Below are positions 1 through 7,610 of a stretch of DNA of 64,000 nucleotides, in pieces. Each line of letters begins with the position of its first letter. The stretch's first letter is position 1. Source of the DNA: Lentisphaeria bacterium (GTDB taxonomy: Bacteria > Verrucomicrobiota > Lentisphaeria > JABSQK01 > JAWLHB01); the NCBI GenBank assembly GCA_041690595.1, contig JAWLHB010000001.1:186001-250000 (forward strand). Direction: 5' to 3'. The position numbers and the translations under genes are program-made. The notes beneath the pieces are model-generated. The model was not told where the DNA came from, ran no database searches, and was given only the letters and a program-made list of their open reading frames with translations.

Positions 1-34
1 TGGTCCGTGAGCTGGCGGGAATAGGATGGAGAGG

Positions 35-1549
35 TCACGAGGCTTCTCCACTTTGTGCATGTCTCTCAAGTGCGCGGATGGCACGGTCCACCTTGTCACG
101 CCGAGCTTGTTGGCGGGCTTCCGCTTCTGCCATAGTCGTCTCGCGCTTCTTGAGCAAACGCAGCGTCTCTTCGGGCGCAGCGCCGCCAAGGTGGGTATGG
201 GTCTTCAGGAATTCCTCGGGATCGAGCTGTCGGCGGACGATTTCGGTCGAGAGTCCCGGCTTTCTGACATCCAGGTATGTCGCTGCCTCATCGAGCATCT
301 CCCCGGTACACTCGAAGCTCTTCAGTGCCTTTTCCCGTGCCTGCCGAATCATGGTGGCAACGATGCTGTGAGCGAGTCTGCCGCCATAGCCCTCTTCCCG
401 GATCAGGTAGCTGGCCAGTTCGGTGGCGCAACTGTAGCCTGAGCGCACGATGCGCTTCATCCGCTCTTTCTGCGGGTGCATGTGCTTCAGGTTCAGTTCG
501 AAACGACGGATTGCCAGCCGGGCCTGCTTGAAGACTTCAGGTACGGTTTGGAACGGCATCCAGGCCGCGGGAAGGACATCGCCATGGAATTCGCCCTTGA
601 GCTGCATGACGCATTTGAAGGTATCGCCGATCACATTCGAGCAGTCCACCCTGACCTGCTCGAAGTGGGACGCACTGTCACACTTCTGTGGCATGAAAGA
701 ACTCATGCCACAGTAGCCCGGCTCCATTCGGAACATGTCAATCTCATCCATGCAGAAGATGTAGAAGTTGGTGCTCCAGCGGCTGATGTGCAGGGCCAGG
801 TTCGAGAGTGCGAACAGCACGGCATAGCTGTGGTCCTGGGTTGCTTCGCAGTCGTAGGTTGCCTCGAGCACACCGTCCATGCCGAGCAGATCCGCCATAA
901 GCTGCCGGTCGACGCTCCAGGTCGTGCCCGAGGTGGAGCCACATCCGCCGGAATTCTGGTTTACCAGGTGATAGCCATGTTCAAGCTGAACCAGCGACCG
1001 GTCAATGCAGTCAAATACCGAAACCAGCATGTGGGCCAAGGTCATGGGCTGCCCATGATTCATGTGGGTATGTGCTACCATCAGCGCGTCGAGATTCTCA
1101 AGGGCCATCCCATGAACGGTGCCCATCAGTGACAACACATCCTCGAACAGCTCCAGGATGGAGTTGCGCATCTTGAGCCTGGACATGGGCTCCTGAAGCG
1201 TACGCCCATAGTTGATCGTGCTGGCCAGATCCATGTTGTTGTCGAGGGTTTTCAGAACACGCTCCTCCCCGGAAGGCCCGGCAGGATTGTGCCAATTTTC
1301 CCAAAGCGCCTTCAGGAGCTTGGCGGCGGTTTCTTCGTCAATCTCTCCGCCTCGGTACAGGCAAATGACCCAGGCGACATCACACTGGGACGCCTCAGGA
1401 ACTCGACCGTCGAACACGGAGCACGTCGTTTCGACTTCGCCCATCTCCCGGTAGTACAACGGCGGCGAGCCCATTGCATGGAAGCGGTGATCGGTGCGAC
1501 GGCTGTACGCGTCGTCAATAAACTGTTCCATTCCAATGAAGTCTTTCAT
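35..1549 (-). CDS. Divergent argininosuccinate lyase-like protein (fumarase/aspartase superfamily lyase), 504 aa
   Basis: SSFMPQKCD resembles the SSxMPxKxN signature; AHTHMNHGQP resembles GYTHxQxAQP; ATELASYL...RLAHSIV resembles the ArgH C-terminus. Start moved to MKDFIG (ATG 1549, RBS GAAGGAG), overlapping the upstream stop as ATGA. Confidence 0.8.
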   Translation of the reverse strand: MKDFIGMEQFIDDAYSRRTDHRFHAMGSPPLYYREMGEVETTCSVFDGRVPEASQCDVAWVICLYRGGEIDEETAAKLLKALWENWHNPAGPSGEERVLKTLDNNMDLASTINYGRTLQEPMSRLKMRNSILELFEDVLSLMGTVHGMALENLDALMVAHTHMNHGQPMTLAHMLVSVFDCIDRSLVQLEHGYHLVNQNSGGCGSTSGTTWSVDRQLMADLLGMDGVLEATYDCEATQDHSYAVLFALSNLALHISRWSTNFYIFCMDEIDMFRMEPGYCGMSSFMPQKCDSASHFEQVRVDCSNVIGDTFKCVMQLKGEFHGDVLPAAWMPFQTVPEVFKQARLAIRRFELNLKHMHPQKERMKRIVRSGYSCATELASYLIREEGYGGRLAHSIVATMIRQAREKALKSFECTGEMLDEAATYLDVRKPGLSTEIVRRQLDPEEFLKTHTHLGGAAPEETLRLLKKRETTMAEAEARQQARRDKVDRAIRALERHAQSGEAS

Positions 1550-1803
1550 CTCTTCTCCTTCGATATCGGTATGTATTGCGGCTCTCGGTGCCATGCCGCC
1601 AGGGCGTCTCGCAGACTGCAGGCCACCGATGACGCGTAGGCGTTGCGGAAGGCCACGCCGCCCGCGGCCAGCCGCTCGACGTTCGTCATCGGCACCGGAC
1701 CGCCGTAAAGCCGCATCACGCGAGGGGTCAGTTGGTCGCAGAGGAAGAGCAGGATGTTCGGTCTCTCGTTCGCCTGCTGGACGTTGTCGGGTTCGGCGGG
1801 CAT
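1546..1803 (-). pseudogene. Internally deleted sulfatase (85 aa): N-terminus up to the catalytic Cys joined in frame to the C-terminal helix
   Basis: RPNILLFLCDQL...NVERLAAGGVAFRNAYASSVACS runs straight into LRDALAAW (compare LRGELLDW near the end of the intact neighbour). CxPxR is cut after CS. RBS GGAG present. Confidence 0.8.
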
Positions 1804-1820
1804 GGCTCTTTTCTCCATAA

Positions 1821-2219
1821 TCACGCGTGTGAAATCTGTTCCGGGTGTTTGCATTCGGTTGCCAGTATGGCGTCGAGGAGCTGCGCCCGCATCGTTGACA
1901 GGTCACTGCCGGGGTTGGTGGCGGCGACCAGATTCGTGCATTCCTCCGGGTCATGCCGAAGGTCGGTCAGTTCCTCCGCGCCATCCTGATAGCGGACGTA
2001 TTTGGTCGTATCGGTGACGGTGCACTTCGAGGACACGTCGGCGGCGCAGTAGCCGTTGCGGTACTCGATCAGGCAATGGTCGCGGACGCGATGCCGAGGA
2101 TCGTCGAGATGTGGTTTCTGTGAGAGACCATCCATGGCGGGCATGGGCGCATAGCAGCCGAGGCTGTCGCGGCGCTGCTGGTCGGTCAGAATGACGAGAA
2201 TATTGGGCAGTTTCGTCAT
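1821..2219 (-). pseudogene. Internally deleted sulfatase (132 aa): about 24 N-terminal residues joined in frame to the C-terminal region
   Basis: PNILVILTDQQRRDSLGCYA runs into PMPAMDGLS (PMETADGKD in the intact neighbour), then KYVRY...EELTDLRHDPEECTNL. No CxPxR or DHG motifs. RBS GGAG present. Confidence 0.85.
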
Positions 2220-2245
2220 GCTAGTTCTCCATCTTGGCCGTGCAC

Positions 2246-3805
2246 TCAGACATAATTGCTCTCGGCGTTGGCGAGAATGGCGTCCGGGGAAAACTTGCCG
2301 TCGCTGTCATGCCAGGTGGTATGGCGCAGGACGCGCCGACCATCGGCTCCGGGGCCAAGATTGCGGCTGACTTGGAGAACCGTGGCCGGGCGACTGGTGC
2401 GCACCAACCAGTCGAGCAGCTCGCCGCGCAGTTCCTCGACGGTGGCCCGATAGGCCGGGTCGAAATACAGATTGCGCATTTCCCAGGGATCGTCTTCCAG
2501 ATCGTACAGCTCGCCGAACCCCTGTGGGTAGTCTTTGGCGAACTTATCCCGGGCGTACCAGACCAGGCGGAACTTGCCCTTGCGCACACTGCGGCTCCAG
2601 GGGAACTCGGTGATACCGAGCCGTTCGGGGTCGCCGGTTCCACCCATGAGCAGGGGCGAAAGATCCTTGCCGTCGGCGGTCTCCATCGGATCCAGCCCCG
2701 CCAGCCGCGCCAGGGTGACGGGGGTGTCCACGGTTTCGACAATCTCCGACACCGTATGCCCCGCCCGGAAGCGACCCGGTGCCCACCACAGAAACGGAAC
2801 ACGGGTGACGGAATCGTGGCAGATGCCCGGCGCCTTTTCGAGAATGCCGTGCTCGCAGGCATATTCGCCATGGTCGGCGCCGTACACCACTAAGGTGTTT
2901 TCGGCCAGGCCAGTTGCGGTCAGAAAGTCGAGCATCTGCCCAACGGCATGGTCCACCTGGCTGACCGCGCCGAAATATCCCCGCAGCTTGCGCAACCTCA
3001 ACGCCTCGAAGGTCTTTGGCTCGAAAAGCGCCCGATTCCCCTCACGCCACTGTTGGGCGGTGCGGATCAGGTTCGGTGCCTGTCGACCACCTTCCAGATC
3101 GCAATCCGCGTTTGGGGGCAAGGTCAGATCGACGCCTTCGTACAGCGACCAGAACGGTTCGCTCGGGCTGGTACACTGGTGCGGCCGTGGCAGGCTGGCG
3201 TGGGCGAAGAAGGGCCGGCCCGCGTCCGCGCACTGCTTCATGAACTCGATCGTCCGCGCCGCGATCCAGCCTTCCTGCGATTCATCGAAGGTGAGCGGTG
3301 AGGGGCGCCCTTCCATGCTCTGCGTGCCCGCGGTACCGAATTCGGTCAGCAACACGTGGTCTTCAAGCTCCAGCTTGCCACGGCTGGCCAGGAAGCTTTC
3401 GTATTCCTTCGACCTGCCGCCAATGCTGCAACCACAGGTTTCGTGGAAGACATCGCTGTCGTCCTCGACCCAGTTCTCGGGACAGTGAATCTTGCCGATG
3501 GCGCTGGTGCGGTAGCCGGCCCGGCGGAAATGCCCAAGAACCGTCGGCAAGCCGTTGGGACGCCCCCCATTGAGTCCGTAGTAGCCGTGATTATGAGCGT
3601 ACTGACCCGACAGGTAGCACATTCGGCTCGGGGTGCAGATCGGGTTCTGGCAGACGGCGTTCGCGAAGCGGACGCCCTCCGCTGCCATGCGGTCGAGATT
3701 CGGTGTTCGCACCTGCGGATGGCCCGCATGGCCCAGCACCTTGGCGTTGTGCTGGTCGGCCAGGATGAAGAGAACATTGGGACGAATGGTAGTATGGCTT
3801 GTCAC
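2246..3805 (-). CDS. Formylglycine-dependent (S1) sulfatase, Cys-type, no signal peptide
   Basis: PNVLFILADQH, CTPSR, GKIH, ADHGE, ELYDLEDDPWEMRNL. GTG start at 3805 after GAGG. Confidence 0.95.
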   Translation of the reverse strand: MTSHTTIRPNVLFILADQHNAKVLGHAGHPQVRTPNLDRMAAEGVRFANAVCQNPICTPSRMCYLSGQYAHNHGYYGLNGGRPNGLPTVLGHFRRAGYRTSAIGKIHCPENWVEDDSDVFHETCGCSIGGRSKEYESFLASRGKLELEDHVLLTEFGTAGTQSMEGRPSPLTFDESQEGWIAARTIEFMKQCADAGRPFFAHASLPRPHQCTSPSEPFWSLYEGVDLTLPPNADCDLEGGRQAPNLIRTAQQWREGNRALFEPKTFEALRLRKLRGYFGAVSQVDHAVGQMLDFLTATGLAENTLVVYGADHGEYACEHGILEKAPGICHDSVTRVPFLWWAPGRFRAGHTVSEIVETVDTPVTLARLAGLDPMETADGKDLSPLLMGGTGDPERLGITEFPWSRSVRKGKFRLVWYARDKFAKDYPQGFGELYDLEDDPWEMRNLYFDPAYRATVEELRGELLDWLVRTSRPATVLQVSRNLGPGADGRRVLRHTTWHDSDGKFSPDAILANAESNYV

Positions 3806-3837
3806 GAAAAACCTCACTTTTCAGGAGTTGATTGTAG

Positions 3838-4007
3838 CTATTTCGGCGTGACTACCAGCCATCCGTTCTCGAAAGTGCCGACGCCGGGCGCTTGGGCACC
3901 AGGTCGGTCTGGACATCGATGGTTGCGGCTACCGAACCCGCCGGCATGGCCAAGAAGGTGAAGAATAGCAAGGATAGGGGATATGGTATTGGCTATTCCT
4001 TCTTCAT
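3838..4007 (-). pseudogene. Probable remnant of a secreted-protein gene
   Basis: ATG at 4007 reads MKKE*PIPYPLSLLFFTFLAMPAGSVAA-TIDVQTDL (signal-peptide-like, early TAG). A second frame reads GVGTFENGWLVVTPK* and ends at 3838. Confidence 0.35.
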
Positions 4008-4067
4008 TTTGAGGTGCGTCTCTTCCCCTTCGTCATGCACGGACGCCGCATCTTCCAGCGGGTTGGG

Positions 4068-7000
4068 TCAGTTCGCCGGGAAACGGTACTCGAAGCGCCC
4101 GCTCTTGCCAGCCTGGGCCTGCCGGCGGACATTGATGCCGTCGCGGTCAAATCTAACGGTGTCGACGGCGTTGGGCCAACGGATCTCGGCCCGGCCATCG
4201 CCCCGAACAACCGTCGGCATCTCCATGCCCGGCAGGTAGGGATAGACCAGGGTTGGGAAATTGGCTTCGACTTGGCGCTTGATGAGTTTAGCACGGGGAT
4301 GGGCAATGAACTGCTGCCCGTAGAAGCGGGTGTTGAAGCTGAATATTTCGGCTGTGAACTCGACTGGGTCGGCGCACAAGGCGGCGACCAGCAGTTCGGG
4401 GGCCGGGCGTTCCGGCTTTTCGATGCCCCAGCCATCGCCGGTGACAACGGCTTGTTCATGCGAACGTATCAGCGTTCCGGCGGGCAGCTCGCCCCATCCG
4501 TTGAAGACCGTCGAATCGATGCGAAAACGGTCGGAGCTGGCGCTGGAAATGACCCCTTCCAGCCGTTCGTCGCCAAAGCTCGTCCCTCGTTCCGGGTCGA
4601 CCGGCACCAGCGCGATCTTGGCGAACCGAGCGTCGCCCGCGCCAACGACCAGGATGTGTGCGCCTGCTTCGAGAAGAATGGCGCTTAACACCGGTTCGCC
4701 GCTCATTCGCTGCCGTACGGCCTGCAGATCTGTGCTCCCGCCCTCGCCGAAGACGGCCTGTGCCCATTGCCGCCAGCCGCCGCGGCGAATCGCCAGCCGC
4801 GCGCGGTAGTTCGTTTCGCCCACGCGGAACGGAAAGACGCCCCCTCCGGAAGGTTGCGCATAGACCCAGATCTGGTAGTGGCCGCTCTCCGGGATGTCGA
4901 ACTCGAAGGCGGCTTCGCCCTTCGCGCCGCCGGTCGGCGCCAGCCAGGCACCGTCGTACTCCTTGCGGTAGGTGAAGGAGCCATTGCCGTTGTCGCTCGC
5001 CATCGCGTCGGCGGCGCCGATGTACAGTTGCTCGTAGAGGGTTTCCTGGTTGCCCACCCGGACATCGTCATAGACCAGATAGTAGGGCGGAACCCCGGCC
5101 GTGTCGTCGCCGACCATGAGGACGGCGCGGCGCCCGCGCTCGAGCTTGATTCCCGGCGCCGGAATGGCGTAGGGAGCTGTCGCATGGGTGCCGACCACGC
5201 GGGTGGCAAAGGCTGGCACCATGCCCACCGAAGAAGCGGCAGCCAGACCGTCCGCCTGGATTGGTGCGATCCGATCTTTCGGGGTGTTGGCTTGCCGGTA
5301 GTTGTCGAACCGTCCCTGCCCGTCGATCAGCAGTTGCGAATGCCGATCCGCTTCGCCCACCGCCTGGCCTGGGTCGACCAGGAGCTGCTCGCCAAAGGCG
5401 CGCAGGGCAATGGCGCCGCATTCGAGATGGGCGTGGCCGCCGGCGGTCAACGTGAAGGTCAGAAGCGCCGAGTCGTCGTCGTAGCCGGTGCGGAAGACCT
5501 GGTAGTTCTGGGCATCGAAATAGGCGGCCTTCGGCAAATCGGTGAAATCCTGCGGCTGGTTGTCCGAGGGGGCGAACCAGAGCAGCGACAGCACGTCTGC
5601 ATCTGGGCGTTCCGCTCGCTCGATGCTGTTCCACAGCTTCCAGGCGGTGGCATTATCGGGGTAAAGACGCAGCAGCCCCAGGGGAAAGTTCAGCGGCCCG
5701 CCGTCGCTGTCGCCGATGGCCGGCAGGTAGCCGCCGGCGTTGACGATGGCCAGCCAGTTGGCGAAATGTTGCAGATTGTTGTTCCGGGTTTCCGGATGCA
5801 GGTCGTTCATCTTGAGGCTGACCAGAAACGGCATCACGAGTCTGATCGGAGTGTTGAAGTACGAAGTGCCTTCAGAGCAGTCGCCGTTATCGCCGATCCA
5901 GGTGTCGAGGTTGATGCTGATCAGCCGCGCCGCCGCCGGCAGCCAGGAGGCGTCACTGCCGGGCTCGCCTGCCAGCGCTAGCGCGATGGGCCCGAAGGAG
6001 CCCGCTGAATGGGTGGCGAAGTTTCCCGTGATGTCGTTCGAGGCGCCGAAGTAGCGCTCGCCAATTTGCCGGTAGCTGTCCGCCGCGCCGGTCTGGAGAA
6101 CCCCGGTGACCCGTTGCAGGTCGTCGGGCGCGAAGAGATCGTGCAGCCAGTCGTAGGCGCAGGCCACGGGATATTCGGCGACCATTCGCTGATGCCACTG
6201 GGCGTACTCGGCAGCGATGCGCACCAGCCAGTCAGCACCGCGCTGGCCGTAGCGTTCGTCGCCGGTAACCTGGTAGGCGAAGGCGAGATGGAAGACCGGC
6301 TCGATCCAGGGCGACCGGTCGTAAAGCCCTTTCGATGGGTTCTTGCGGATCGCGTGAATGGACGCTTCGACCTGTTTGGAATCCTTGGATTCCGCGCCGA
6401 GCAGTCGTTCGCAACGGGCTATAAAGGTTTGCCAGACCGGCGCGTGAGGCTCGGCGGCCAGCCGCTCGCGGATGCCGGGCAAGTCCTCGGCCCGGAACAG
6501 CATACGCGGGCGCGGCAGCTCGAGCCCCTTGGTGTTGATCGCCACCCCGTTTTCAGCCGGCACGGCAAGTGGCTCTGCCGAGAGTTGCCGCGGCACCCAG
6601 GCGGGAAACAGCGCTGTACCGCCGCCGCCACCCGTGACGTTGCGCATCTCCCCGCTGGCCATGTCCAGCACCCAGATATCGGTGGTGCCTGCCCGGTTCG
6701 AGACGAAGGCCAGGCGTTTGCCGTCGGCGTCCCAGGCGGGTTGCCCGTCCCAGACGTCGCCATCGGTCACCTGCTCGAGGTTGCCGCCATCGGGATCGAC
6801 CACAAAGAGCGAGGAGGTGCCGTCTGCCTTCTGCAACCCAAAGGCGATGCGATTGCCGGCGCCCCAGATAGGTTCGCGGATATCGCCGTCCAGCGACAGG
6901 ATGCGGGTCTGCCCCATGCCGTCCCTGGCGTTCATGGTGAATAGCTCGAACTTGCCATTGCGGTCGCTGATGAAGACGATGCGTTCGCCGTCCGGCGACC

Positions 7001-7493
7001 AGTCCGGCGAGCGCTCGTTGGAGAGCGTTTTCCAGGTGAGATTGCGCAGATTGCCGCCGTCGTGGTCCATGACGAAGATTTCGGCAAGGTTGCGGATGTC
7101 AGTGGTTAGGGCGATGCGCCGCCCGTCCGGCGACCAGCGTGGCTCCTGCCATTCCCGCCGGTAAGGCGTCAATTGGACGAGCTCGCTGCCATCCCAGTTC
7201 ATCGCTGAAATCGTCCACCCGCGTCGCAGCACGATTTTGCCGCCGACCGGCGAGACGTCTGGCGAGCGCTGCCACTTGGGGAAAGGCACAGGATCGGGAT
7301 TGTCCCGATTGTCGGAGTCGAAAATGACGGCCCGCCCACCACCGTCCGCCTGAATGTATTCCAGTACCATGTTGTTTCGCCCGCGGGCATCCTTGCCCTC
7401 GCGGATGTAGACGATACGATCCGTGTTCGGATCCGCAGACGCGATACTTGACCAGACCGTTGCCGCCAGCACTAAACCCATCATTCCTTTCAT
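4068..7493 (-). CDS. Secreted TolB-like (PD40) propeller + DUF4962/heparinase II/III-like polysaccharide lyase + CBM-like insert, 1141 aa
   Basis: Signal peptide MKGMMGLVLAATVWSSIASA (RBS AAGGAG); repeats PRWSPDG, PDWSPDG, PAWDADG; RPRMLFRAEDL, LAFAYQVTGDERY, EGTSY, PAIGDSD, GGHAHLE, LLVDPG, HSQLLIDG. Confidence 0.8.
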   Translation of the reverse strand: MKGMMGLVLAATVWSSIASADPNTDRIVYIREGKDARGRNNMVLEYIQADGGGRAVIFDSDNRDNPDPVPFPKWQRSPDVSPVGGKIVLRRGWTISAMNWDGSELVQLTPYRREWQEPRWSPDGRRIALTTDIRNLAEIFVMDHDGGNLRNLTWKTLSNERSPDWSPDGERIVFISDRNGKFELFTMNARDGMGQTRILSLDGDIREPIWGAGNRIAFGLQKADGTSSLFVVDPDGGNLEQVTDGDVWDGQPAWDADGKRLAFVSNRAGTTDIWVLDMASGEMRNVTGGGGGTALFPAWVPRQLSAEPLAVPAENGVAINTKGLELPRPRMLFRAEDLPGIRERLAAEPHAPVWQTFIARCERLLGAESKDSKQVEASIHAIRKNPSKGLYDRSPWIEPVFHLAFAYQVTGDERYGQRGADWLVRIAAEYAQWHQRMVAEYPVACAYDWLHDLFAPDDLQRVTGVLQTGAADSYRQIGERYFGASNDITGNFATHSAGSFGPIALALAGEPGSDASWLPAAARLISINLDTWIGDNGDCSEGTSYFNTPIRLVMPFLVSLKMNDLHPETRNNNLQHFANWLAIVNAGGYLPAIGDSDGGPLNFPLGLLRLYPDNATAWKLWNSIERAERPDADVLSLLWFAPSDNQPQDFTDLPKAAYFDAQNYQVFRTGYDDDSALLTFTLTAGGHAHLECGAIALRAFGEQLLVDPGQAVGEADRHSQLLIDGQGRFDNYRQANTPKDRIAPIQADGLAAASSVGMVPAFATRVVGTHATAPYAIPAPGIKLERGRRAVLMVGDDTAGVPPYYLVYDDVRVGNQETLYEQLYIGAADAMASDNGNGSFTYRKEYDGAWLAPTGGAKGEAAFEFDIPESGHYQIWVYAQPSGGGVFPFRVGETNYRARLAIRRGGWRQWAQAVFGEGGSTDLQAVRQRMSGEPVLSAILLEAGAHILVVGAGDARFAKIALVPVDPERGTSFGDERLEGVISSASSDRFRIDSTVFNGWGELPAGTLIRSHEQAVVTGDGWGIEKPERPAPELLVAALCADPVEFTAEIFSFNTRFYGQQFIAHPRAKLIKRQVEANFPTLVYPYLPGMEMPTVVRGDGRAEIRWPNAVDTVRFDRDGINVRRQAQAGKSGRFEYRFPAN

Positions 7494-7569
7494 CGAAGAC
7501 TCCTTTCGTTTTTCTGTGTTGACCATCTGAAATTTCATCTGACGGCGGCGGAACTGCAATCCACCCATG

Positions 7570-7591
7570 TCGCCCCACATCGCCCCACATC
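7570..7591. repeat. 10-bp tandem duplication (CGCCCCACAT x2) in the spacer between the two lyase-like genes
   Basis: tcgccccacatcgccccacatc read directly. Confidence 0.8.
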
Positions 7592-7610
7592 TGAGGGGGC
7601 TCGCCGCGGT

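Noticed and set aside
1550..1954. 135-aa N-terminal extension of the 639-aa lyase ORF
   Set aside because: Arg/Pro-rich off-frame read-through of the two mini-sulfatases; a good RBS precedes ATG 1549.
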